NCBI GenBank assembly: GCA_964016885.1
Contig: OZ024746.1
Location: 64,480,001-64,544,000, forward strand
From: Eledone cirrhosa
Taxonomy: Eukaryota
DNA: 64,000 nt
Direction of reading: 5' to 3'
The notes under the pieces were generated by a model. That model worked only from the letters and a program-made list of their open reading frames with translations. It did no database searches and was not told the origin of the DNA. Each line of letters begins with the position of its first letter. Position 1 is the first letter of the stretch. Positions 40,501 to 51,968 of the stretch are shown one piece after another. The translations under genes and the position numbers were made by a program.

Positions 40501-41048
40501 GCAGGAGAGGCGGTTACGCTGGTATGGACATGTGATGCGTATGAAGGATGACAGCTGCATAAAAAGGTGCAGAGCACTAGAAGTTGATGGAAACCGCGGA
40601 GTGGGGAGACCCAAGATGACTTGGGATGAGGTGATAAAAGCCGACCTTACCCAACTACACCTCTCAAAGTCAATGACACACGACCGTGACTTCTGGCGTC
40701 ACGCAGTAATACAGGGTACCCGACCTCCCATGGGTACATGCTGAAGCATATAAACAATATGCCCCCCCCCCCCCCCACCGCAAGGTGGTCGTGGAGGTGC
40801 CACGGCAAAAAAGCACCCAGCCCACACTGTAAAGTGGACGTGTAGGCGCCACGAAAAAGCACCCAGCACTCACTGTAAATGAGGTTGGTGTTAGGAAGGG
40901 CATCCAGCTGTAGAAATCAAGCCAGATCAGTTCCTGTATGAGCAAGGCATGGTCAGCCGACCAGACACTGCCCACAACAGGACAACCCGTCTAACCCATG
41001 CTAGCGTGGAAGAACGGACGTAAAACGGTGATGATGATGATGATGATG
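37574..41048 (+). mobile_element. Near full-length RTE-clade LINE (family B), probably truncated in the 5' UTR
   Basis: Single long ORF with APE and RT domains, a 3' UTR of about 300 nt, a (GAT)n tail ending near 41048, and the same CATG/TA minisatellite motif on both flanks. Confidence 0.95.
37625..40744 (+). pseudogene. RTE ORF (AP endonuclease, reverse transcriptase, C4HC3 PHD-like finger) with one in-frame TGA at 40493-40495
   Basis: APE motifs VQET, SAYAPQ, GDFNGH, SQLDFIL. RT motifs NYRGIKL, FVDLEKAFD, QGSVLSP, LLYADD. Finger CSVC..CPKC..HKRC..CSSC. The same frame resumes after the stop (QERRLRWYGHV..GRPKMTW). Confidence 0.93.
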
Positions 41049-41217
41049 ATATATATATACATACATGATATATACACATGACATATATATATATATATAC
41101 ATACATGATATATACACATGATATATATATATATACATACATGATATATATATATACATACATGATATATACACAGGATATATGTATATATATACATACA
41201 TACATGATATATACACA

Positions 41218-41252
<35 letters not shown>

Positions 41253-41311
41253 CATACATGATATATACACAGGATATATATATATATACATACATACATG
41301 ATATATACACA

Positions 41312-41395
<84 letters not shown>
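41049..41395. repeat. CATG/CAGG-punctuated (TA)n minisatellite
   Basis: tacatacatgatatatacaca(t/g)ga is repeated; the same motif occurs at 37495-37575. Confidence 0.85.
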
Positions 41396-41398
<3 letters not shown>

Positions 41399-41447
41399 AA
41401 TAGCACACATATTATCATCAGCATCATTTAACATCACACACATTATG

Positions 41448-41480
<33 letters not shown>

Positions 41481-41482
<2 letters not shown>

Positions 41483-41553
41483 GGTGTCCCAAAAATGTAT
41501 ACACACTTATTAGAATGCTATTGAAGTGTGTATACATTTTTTTGGACACCCTG
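41481..41553. mobile_element. Minimal Tc1/mariner MITE (two TIRs with a spacer of about 15 nt)
   Basis: AGGGTGTCCCAAAAATGTATACACACTT ... AAGTGTGTATACATTTTTTTGGACACCCTG followed by TA. Confidence 0.75.
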
Positions 41554-42345
41554 TATATACCCACACATTATATATATGCATTCACTTGCATGTGTGTATT
41601 TGTGTGTGTGTGTGTGTATGTGTATGTGTGTGTGTGTGTGCGTGTGTGGGTGTGTGTGTGTGTGTGTGTATATATAAAAATCAAGCAACTGTCAAAATGA
41701 GTAAAATTTATGTTTGGCTATCCACTCTGTTACAAATAATGAAATATGTTTTATTTGTCATTTCAATGCAATTTAGGAATGCATCAATGTATAAACATAT
41801 AAAATATTTAAATAATGTAATGGTCATGCTTTGAGTGACATACTTTTAAGTGAAACTATTATGTTAGTGTTGTTCTTGTTGTTTAATCCACAATATTAGA
41901 AAAAGAAAATGTGCCAAAAACATTGGAGAATTTATTTGAAGACAAATTCAGATTAAAAGTATGAAACATACAATTGCTTTTATAGTTATAGCTTCACTTA
42001 CGTGCTCTTGATAATGTGTTTTCATTCTTTTACTGTTTTCAGTCATTTGATTGGAACAATGCTGGAGCACTATCTTGAAGTGTTTTTATTTGGTGCTAGT
42101 AAATTGTATCCTGTTTATTCACCTCAAAAGGAGGGGGCAGGCATTTCTGACCTCGTGGAAAAGTGACAAAACCATGACAGAAAAGAATAACAAACATTTT
42201 GGTTGTGTGTGTGTGCGTGTGTGCATGTGCGTGAGTGCGTGTATATATATATGTATATGCATGTGTATGTCTAACCCATGCTATCATGGAAGATGGACGT
42301 TAAACGAATGATGATGATGTATATGCGCGGGGACATAGAAATAAT

Positions 42346-42673
42346 CGGGCTGGATACCCGATTGCGTGGTTAAACCATTGGGAGTGAAGGACCCCTAGCC
42401 TTTGTCAGGGCATTCTTTTTGGAGAAGGCAACTCAGGGCACTGGAATAACTCCGACATAAAACCTGTAGTTCAGTAGTTACCGATTATGTTGATCTTTTC
42501 TTCTTTTCAGGTTATAGCTACTGTCACTCAGAGAGTGAGATTGGCTCAGTGCAGTCTTTCCTCACTTTAAAAAAAATGTTCATGCACAGGCATTGCACGA
42601 TAGAATTAATTGGTAATAATTAATAATGTTATATCGTGCAATGGCCATACTCGATAACGAGGGAGCAGCCATC
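42346..42673 (+). mobile_element. Non-autonomous element resembling an RTE 5' UTR (family X)
   Basis: Shares gacccctagcctttgtca..ggagaagg.aactc..gagagtg.ga.tggct..gtgcagt..ctcact.taaaa..cacaggcattgc with 54655-54849. Confidence 0.6.
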
Positions 42674-42809
42674 ATATATATATATATATACAGCAGACTA
42701 ACGCCGAATATATATATTGAAGTATGGCCGGCTGTTCTACATTGAAATGTTCATAGAGTTAAATCATTTTCTAAGTCTAAATTGGTTATTCACTCTTAAT
42801 TTATATGCA

Positions 42810-43005
42810 TGTATATACATGTATGTATGTGTATATATATATATGTATATACATGTATGTATGTGTATATATATATATATGTATATACATGTATGTATGT
42901 GTATATATATATATATGTATATACATGTATGTATGTGTATATATATATATGTATATACATGTATGTATGTGTATATATATATGTATATACATGTATGCAT
43001 GTGTA
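42810..43005. repeat. ~34-bp TA/TG minisatellite
   Basis: tatacatgtatgtatgtgtatatatat.. repeated about 5-6 times. Confidence 0.85.
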
Positions 43006-43714
43006 TGTATATGCGTGGGGACATAGAAATAATAACTCTATGAATATTTCAACCCTTGCAAGCAGGGAAAAGCGGACGTAAAATGATGATGATGATATAT
43101 ACATATATATAATATTGTTAATTTTCTGTCTGTTTCTCCATGCTAGCATGAGTTAGATGAATCCTTTCCTGCACGGTCCCCTTCTACTTGTCCTTTTCCT
43201 TTATCATCTCCTTTGTGGGGTCCAGTTTTCTGAAATCTGTTTTTACTATTTTTATAATGGTCAATAGTACAATCATTAGCATCAAACAAATGACTTTCAC
43301 TCTTTCTTCTGGCATTCAAATCCCATCATGGTCAGCTTTACTTTAATTCTTCCTAGTTCAATTTTAAAAAAAGTACCAGTATCAGTCAGGTACTGTGAGT
43401 CAGTTTAACCTGCAACAAATCAGGAGCAGGAGTTTCTAAGGAGAGTTCAATCACTTACAAATTACAGAGAAAAATCAGTTCAAGCTTTGCACCATTTTAG
43501 TTAAATTGCAAGTTTTTATTTAACTATTTATTTATTACCTATTTGGGGATTAGAGAGTACAGATAGTTTAACAGATAGGGCACCAGACTATCAACTAAAA
43601 AGGTACACGATTTGCATTTGGTCCCCGGTGCTATGTTTTACCTATAACCAAGGTAGTTTTCAACAGCCAGGTTTATTTAGTTCTAAGTAAATATTGAAAA
43701 TGGTATTGATTGTA

Positions 43715-43925
43715 GTTTTTGTTTAGCCAAGGTTAGCCCTGATTACAGAGACCTATCATTAAAGTTTTTCCAGTTATGATGCACAACCCTGCTCCCCATT
43801 GCAATTTTTTTCAGGTATAGTATAGCTAAAAATACATTATCATAAAATGTTAGGATGTGATTTATGGTAGATTTGGCTACTATTTCTAGTAAATCCAGTT
43901 ACCATGTAGAAGCTCCCCCGTGACT
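43715..43925 (+). repeat. Dispersed old repeat family (related copies at about 30130-30330 and 61660-61840 on +; 5200-5380, 28950-29110 and 44855-45050 on -)
   Basis: Shared motifs gaccta(t/g)..aaag..ttccag.t.tga and atttggct.ctatttc.ag.a.gt...accat.taga.gct. Confidence 0.55.
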
Positions 43926-44376
43926 GCAACAAAGACTTAACAGCTAAATTTTCTTAGTTTTAAATGGGTATTAAAGATAGTAATGATGTAATTCACCACA
44001 GTAAAGATTTGTTACAGAGTAGAATGGATAAATATTTCATTGACGTGCTGTGCTAGGTTTAGCTTGTCTTCCAGCAAACATTACTGTCGATATATGTGTA
44101 CTTCTACTCAGTGAACATTTGCTATAGAAACCGGAGATAAGCACTTTCCCTATGGATGCTTGTGATTTGGAGGAGAATTAGATTTTTTAATGTATTTTAA
44201 GTTTTTTTAATGACATAAGGGTTGAAATATTTTATAAGTATCTCAACTGAATGAGTAATTGAATACAATTTCTGTTGCTTACATTTATTTTTTTCCTTCA
44301 TTCCTTTTTCTTATTTAAAAAGATCTTTGTGCAAGTTTTGTATGTGTGATTTTTTTTTTCTTATTAATTACATACA

Positions 44377-44588
44377 GCGGCGGTGGATTGGTAGTATCGG
44401 TAGAGGGTCGGCAGCAAAGAGTTACGACCCTTTATGATCTGAGTTCAAATCCTGCCGAGGTTAACTTTGCCTTTCATCTTTACGGGGGTCGATAAAATAA
44501 AGTACCAGTCACGCACTGGGGTCGATTTAATCGACTTTCTCCTCCCCCAAAGTTGCTGGCCTTGTGCCTATATAAGAAACCATTATTA
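44377..44588 (+). mobile_element. SINE family A (long form)
   Basis: Full head and core, gtcgatttaatcgac palindrome, tail agaaaccattatt. Confidence 0.88.
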
Positions 44589-44629
44589 ATTGCATACAAG
44601 ATGGGAAGGAGCAGAATTCATGGCATTTG

Positions 44630-44783
44630 CAAACTGTTGAGATTGATATGGTTAATATTTCAAACTGGTGAGATTGATATGGTTAATATTTCAAATTGGT
44701 GAGATTGATATGGTTAATATTTCAAATTGGTGAGATTGATATGGTTAATATTTCAAATTGGTGGGATTGATATGGTTAATATT
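44630..44783. repeat. 31-bp tandem repeat, 5 copies
   Basis: Unit caaattggtgagattgatatggttaatattt. Confidence 0.95.
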
Positions 44784-45049
44784 CAATATGACCTTCTGTA
44801 GGATGATGATATGTGTAGAAAAACAGGCAGATTTATTTCTTTTGTCTTTTAACCAAAGAGGGAGCTTCTACATGATTACTTGACTGGTTAGAAATTGCAG
44901 CTGAATGGTTCTTTAAAAAGACCAGATTAGGGAACATAGTCTTAGATATACTGTATTTAAAAGAAAAAGGAAAAAAAAAAAGCAGATGAACCTCTCTCAC
45001 CCAACTGGAACACCTTCAATCATAGTTGTACTGAACTAGGACTAAACAT

Positions 45050-45492
45050 GGGCAGGCAGTTTCAGAGGCTTATCATTCTTGGAAGGAGTTATTGGGTAAA
45101 CTGTTTAGTACAGGGTCTAGAGGGAGAGTGATGAGAAAAACAAAACAAAGAAGAGTAAAACAGGTTGGCTTGGGTGGAGGTAGTATTCAGTTTCCTATTT
45201 CAAAGGAATAGAAATGTATATATTGATGGTAAAAGATAGAAAGAGAACATATCTGAACCAAGTTCAGTAGCATGTTTGTATGTGAGTCTTTGTCAATCAT
45301 CTGGAGATTTTATGTTATTCTTATATTTGGATGTCTGCACACATCAGCTGCACTGTCCAAGATATGTGGCTAGTATTCTTATGGGTCACACTTGATAGTT
45401 GTAAAGAATCAGTAATTATTTAGAGGTGATGTATTTTCTGAACCTGGTGAGAAAGTGTAGCTGTTGTGATGTAGATTTGGCAATGTTATATA

Positions 45493-45578
<86 letters not shown>

Positions 45579-45900
45579 TACACACATATATGTGTGTCAG
45601 CTAATTATAATGATAGGTCATCAGAGATGGGCATCTAATATTTGTAGGATCTTTGAGGAATTCAGCTGTGTGCTGTTCATGAATAAAGAGGGTTTAGTGC
45701 TAGGGTTTTGCTTGATATGTATTGTGATTGTCTTATTGTGTTGTTGAAGGATGACAGGTTGTCATATTCTTATTAGAGAACAGTAAGTGATAGTCTGGTG
45801 CGCTATCAGTGTGGTCAGTAGAGTGAAGAAGAAAGGGATGTTAGGTGCTAGTCTGGTACTCTATCACCTTGGTAGAGGAGTCTTAGGTCAAATTGCTTTA
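45050..45900 (-). mobile_element. Degenerate CR1/L2-type LINE interrupted by (TA)n
   Basis: Minus-strand remnants LLILYNYQV*P, HIxDSAA and LPRMISL*NCLP, all heavily decayed. Confidence 0.45.
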
Positions 45901-46253
45901 TACTCTTGGGTCCTAAATACTAGGAGGTGAGTTGGAATAAGTGGTGGTGGTGGTAGTAGAAAATCAGTAATTTTTCTAGGTTGTCTCCATTGATTGTTAA
46001 AAAAAACAGAATTAGTACTTTAGTTTACATATTGAGACCCCAACCCATCGTATTCATTTTATGATATGGAATTTCTAGTAATGTACTTTTTTGCCATGTA
46101 TAATGTTTTTTAATGTTTAAAAAAAAAAAAAAAAAAAAATTTGGTGGGGTGGGACAGAAAAATCTGAAAAATTAATAAGCTGAGTGGGGGTGTTATTTGT
46201 GACTTGGGGGTATGTGTTTTTCCATGCTTTGAATAGTTTTTGTAGACTTATAT

Positions 46254-46575
46254 CATCATCATCATTGTTTAACATCCATTTTCCATGTCAGCATGGGTTA
46301 GATGGGTTGTCCTATTTGAGCCAAGTTGGGTCAGATGACCATGTCTTGCTCATACAGAACTGATTTAGGCTTGATTTCTATGACTGGATGACCTTCCTCA
46401 GGCCAATCACATTTACAATGAGTATTAAGTGCTTTTTGTCGTGGCACCTACACGACCACTTTACAGTGTGGGCTGAGTACTTTTTGCCGTGCCACCTACA
46501 TGACCATCTTACACTATGGGCTGGGCACTTTTTGCTGTGTCACCATCATAACCACTTTACAGTGTGGGCTGGGGG
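46254..46575 (-). mobile_element. RTE family B-type 3' UTR with about 3 tandem copies of a ~49-nt module
   Basis: (CAT)n tail at 46254, then repeated gtgctttttgccgtggcacctacacgaccactttacagtgtgggctg variants matching 40785-40880. Confidence 0.75.
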
Positions 46576-46756
46576 CTGTGGGGTAAAGCGGGTAATAGCC
46601 CTGAAATATGTTGAAATATACTGCATAAAACATTACTTTGTTTTGTTTGTCATTCTTTGCCCTTTATATATTTCTACCATATTGTACCAACTTTTTGAAA
46701 CTTATCAGTCTTTTATTACATATCTCACAATGCTTCATATTAACTATGAATATATA

Positions 46757-46787
<31 letters not shown>

Positions 46788-47182
46788 AGTATGTATACGT
46801 ACATACATATATGTATACAGACGTACAGTAGTATGTATATATGTATACGTACATACATATATGTATACAGACGTACAGTAGTTTGTATATATATACATAC
46901 ATGCACACACACATATATATATGTATGGATTCACCGAACATTTATTATAATGCTCGGTGTGTTTGTAAACAAACATCCCGAGTTAAGCCATACAATGTCT
47001 AGCAACCATCGTTGCTCATTTGTTCAACACTGACAAAGGAACGCTGTACTAGTTTCAAGCTATCGTCAGTAACGTATACCTTCCTGCCAGATGATTGAAC
47101 GTCTGAAAGTATATACTTTCCTTATGCATATTAACGGCTGAGCAGCCTAATTTGCATATCGAGTGAGTTAATCGGCCGGCCG

Positions 47183-47239
<57 letters not shown>

Positions 47240-48922
47240 TATGCTGGATAAAGTATTATGGCAAGATATTTTCCCTATTAAAACCTATTCAACTGTATAG
47301 TATCTGGTATCTCTACTACCAATTCATTCTGATTGATCAGCCAGCTCAGTATTGCAGTTGTCTTATATTTATGAACATTCCTCTAATAATTTAGAATTGA
47401 AAGCATATATCCATGTCCTGAATCTGAAGACACCTTACATATAATATAGCGTATTTGGTTCTAGGAAGTGTGGTATCCAGTTGTAGGTTAACAACTGAGG
47501 TCTACAGATCACCCAAAAAATTGTAATGCAAGTCAAATTTTATTAGCTATGTCAATCTAAGTTAAATTTTATTAATACCAAAAATATATTGAGGAAACGA
47601 CTTATCATGTATGTCATCCCAATATATATATGAATAATGTACTTATATGGACACATTATTAATACATATATTTGAAAAGTGTTAACTCACCTCAGATGAT
47701 GTCAATTAATTCATAAGACATTGTAAAGAAGTATGATGGATTGAATGCACTCAATCAAAAATGTACTAGAAAATTCATAGTCCTGGTATTTTCATATTGT
47801 GCACATACCATTATTTAGGTGTTGGTGAGGACTAACTGATCACTCAATCAATAAAAGAAATTGCTGTTTTAGAGAATACAACTTTATGATTACATTTTCA
47901 AAGAGGTCACCTATAGAAATCACACTATAATGCAAAATGTTTTTTTTCTTCCTCAGAATGACTATCTTGACCTTTCACAATATGTCCTAATTATCTAATG
48001 ATTGACTACATTTTAACTGCTTTATTAACTTATATTACTATGAATAGAGATATACTTTTATTATTTATCTTTTACAATAATTTTCAATATAATATTCATA
48101 GAAACTATACACTTTAGAATGATAAAATCTCAAAAAAAGTAAAGAAATCTGTCTAAATATTATGTATAGAAATTAATAATATATATAACAAATTTGTAAT
48201 ATACTTAGTGTGTGTTTGTTTGTGTTATTATTAGTCCAACTATCTAGTTTTAATTTTCAGTATTCTAAAAATCTATTCAATAACAGTGTATCAATTTACT
48301 GAAATACACTAGATATCTTTATTTTTCCTTTTTTTAAAAATAATTTTTCTTTCAAGCTGTTATTATATGAAGTCATATAATTTTTATGGTCATTAAATAG
48401 TAAAGAATTTTATAAATTTAAATGACAAAGTAAATTGATATTATCAAATCACACTAAAATTATATTGCACTTTTGTGTCTCCAAAGAGTTTTTCTTTCAA
48501 TTTGCTCAAGTTGTATTCTTGGTAAATATATTCTGTTACTTTCTTCCAACTCAATCTTAATGGTATGTACAGTATGTATGTAATTTTCAATAATGTGAGA
48601 GGTGATATTTCCAATCATGGTAGTCTTTGTGCTTATGAAGGGGTTTCTCTTGCTAATGTCTCTCTGGGTTAGAAGAAAGGCATGCCTACTACATCTGCAA
48701 GAGTACATCTGCAGGTTCAGAAGCTGTCAAGAGAACCAACAATACTAGACTCAAAAGCCCTAGTGAGGCCCTGCTCTATTTGTAGGTTGACTCCTTATTT
48801 AGCTAACATTCAAATGGAGCAGTTGACTCCTTGTAGAGTCCATCCACCCTTTTAAACAGGTATTGTATTTTGCCTGTCAGGGTGTCAATTCACCCTTCAT
48901 ACACCAGGGTGAGATCCAAGAG

Positions 48923-49303
48923 CAACGGTTCCCCAACTTTAAAAAAAAAAAAAAAAAAAATTAACTCATGATGCCTTTTAGAACAAGGAAAATTATTGTG
49001 GTACACTTTATAACTACATGAGAAAATTTATTCCATATTAGCATAGTATAAATTAGAAATATAGATAATTAAAAATAGAGATAAATCATTTGAACTTTCT
49101 TTAGTCAATTAATGGAACAAAGTTATCAATAAGAAAACATGTGCTTGGTTCTTTTTGGCAATGTTTTCATTCTTAGTTTAGTTTGTCATGAATTTCAATT
49201 TGTATTTTTCATATTTTGAAATCAAATCTTGTTCTTTCACATTGCATGTAATTACATTTTGTGACACATCAGTATGCTGAGCCAAACAGTTAGGGAACCA
49301 CTG
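48923..49303. mobile_element. hAT (Charlie-like) MITE
   Basis: TIRs CAACGGTTCCCCAACT and CAGTGGTTCCCTAACT match 13/16; the 8-bp TSD tccaagag/tcccagag matches 7/8. Confidence 0.8.
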
Positions 49304-51633
49304 TCCCAGAGTGGAGCAAGTAATATTGGTTACGATTATCAGTTGCAGATCATTTTTTGATCTGATTGACAAATATGGCATAAACAGTTCAAAGCTAGAA
49401 TAAAATTGGTTTGCTGTGAGGAAAATAAAAAGTCTAATGTTATTTTCAGAATCCTTTGATAGAGAGAAATGTCATCTGATTCACCAAATAGCATTACAAG
49501 ACCTCTCTCTGAGAAGAGGTTTTCTGTCTGACATATTAGATGTTTTCATAGCAAATCAATCTTCTTGCCAGCATCAATTGTTTCCTCAGATCTTACTGTT
49601 TACTTTCTTAGTAGTAGTTAAGGCTTTTAGAGTAATAACAGAATTTTCTGTCAACATATTTTTGCATGAGAGGTGTCTATTAAAACTCTCTTAGAGATAT
49701 CTATTTGAATCAGTCAGTCTATTGACAGCCTATCAAAACAAATGTTCAGCAGAGGAAGACTATTGGCAACCATGAACCCTTTATATGACTTCTGTGACTG
49801 ATGTGAGGAAGTTCTCCTCAAACTAGAAACCTGGTCTAAATGCTTGCAGTCTAGTGAACTCTGCACCCAAGGCCTTGAGGCCTCTATGCAGTTGCATGGC
49901 CTGCTAGGAAAGAAATAACAGTTAAATCTCCCTCATAGAGTGGGAAAATGTACAAACAGACAGGTATTGGAACCATTATTGAAAACACATTTGTTGAAAG
50001 CATATTGGGAGTATGACAAATTGGTTGAAAGACAAATTGATCACAAGCATAGTTAAAAAGGCAGAATATTTGTTGAAATTATTTTCAAAGAGATAATTAA
50101 AAGGAATATTAAATACCAATAATTTATTCATATTTGAATCAAATGTCACAATGATTTAAGTCCCGAAATTTAGAAATTGTTAATATGTAAATCACAATTT
50201 ATAAATCATAATTGTTTGTCATTCTAAAAATGCAATATATTATTTGACAACATACTGGCTGCTCTCCAGTAGGTTTATTGTTGAATCCATAGCAGTGAAA
50301 ACAACTGAATCCCGAGTCCTTGGATTACTTCCCTATTTAATGCTATAGGGATGGAGATGACCATCTGAGCTCCATGAGTTGGACTGACTTTTTCAGCACT
50401 TCATCCTTGCTCTATTTATCTGATGTTTTACAAAACACAAGATGGAAGAGGATGTGAATATTAGCTAATTACAAGAAGTCAGTGTTATAATATATGTTCA
50501 TTAATTATTTACTGCACTCTACATAACAGTAATATACTGTTATAATACACTATATTACTGTATTATGTTTTTAAAAGAAATAGTCGAGATTAGCTTTCAA
50601 TTTATTTCTGTTTACATTAAATTTTTAATAAAAAAACTGACAGCTTAAAAATAAATTGAAAATATATTTCATTTAAAAAATAATTTGCTCTTATCATTTT
50701 GAAATTACAAGTTGTTTTTTTTAAAAATTAGTCATCAGTAAGTTTTGATGTCTTTTTCTCTGATGATGTCTTTTTCTCTGATGATGTCTTTTGATGTATT
50801 TGATGTCAACTAATATGTTATCAATATGTTATTTGACCAATATATTTTAGACCAATGTGTTTTTCATGTATATGCCTAATACCAAACAGACATTTCATAG
50901 ACATATTAAAGATTTCTCACTGCAGGGATAGGAGACTTTGTCACTCTAAAACTTTCTTAATGTGGGTTCATTAGGCAAAGGACATGATTGTAAGGAATCA
51001 ACCCAGTTGGTCTAATGAAACATCTGACATAAGCTGAAACCTTAATCCTTTTGCATTTAAACCAGCTGTATCTGACCAGAACTCTCTCACCTCTTTCAGT
51101 TCAAACTGGCTGTAACCGGCCACTCCTACTGATGTTAAGGTATTGTTCTCAAAATAAATAATATCAAAATCTCATAGATTTGATATTATGTGAGATAATT
51201 ACGAGGTAAAGCCTTTACTGTGAAAATATAATAGTATATATAGAGTAATGTAAATGATTAATTTAACTCAACTGCAACAGTATTTAGTTAATGAGGGAAC
51301 CTGTTTGTTGTTTTTATCTGCTAGAAATGACATCCAACTTTCCTCATATCCCACCCTACTATCATTATCATCATCTTTTTATCTCTTCTTGCTCTGCTGA
51401 CTTGAGTTGGACAGGTTATTACAGTCCAAATCAATTATTTGGAGTTACTTCTCTCCTAGTTCTGCCATGGCTTGCTTTTATGTTCCATTTTTCGACATGG
51501 TTCTAATGGCTGAATGCTCTTCCTAAAAGAAACCACTTAACCGAGTGTAATGGGTGCATGTTATTGTGGCACTAGCACTAGAGAGGTTATCATATCTTCA
51601 AAAAGACTAAACAGCATTCTCTACTCTATATAT

Positions 51634-51968
51634 AGGCACATGGCTTAGTGGTTAGAGCATTGGCCTTGCAATCGAAAGGTTGTGAGTTCAATTCTCAGAC
51701 CAGGTGATGTGTTGTTTCCTTGAGCAAGACACTTTATTTCACATTGCTCCAGTTTACTCAGCTGTAGAAATGAGATGATAGGGACTGGGGTCCCTATCAT
51801 TCCACTGCAAAGTGGTCGTGGAGGTGCCACGGCAAAAAAGCACCCAGCACTCACTGTAAATGAGGTTGGTGTTAGGAAGGGCATCCAGCTGTAGAAATCA
51901 AGCCAGAATCAGTTCCCGTCCCACCCTTGCAAGCAGGGAAAAGTGGACGTAAAAATGAAATGATGATG
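51634..51968 (+). mobile_element. tRNA-derived CORE-type SINE family B with RTE-derived tail
   Basis: A box TGGCTTAGTGG, B box GAGTTCAATTC, CORE-like ccttgagcaagacactttatttcacattgctccag, an 11-bp hairpin at 51775-51800, then RTE 3' sequence and (TGA)n. Confidence 0.87.

Noticed and set aside
38065-40614. Minus-strand ORFs overlapping the RTE
   Set aside because: Antisense shadows of the RTE coding frame.
51634-51710. tRNA gene (also the heads at 703, 32653 and 44377)
   Set aside because: A and B boxes are present but there is no complete acceptor stem, and each continues into a SINE body.
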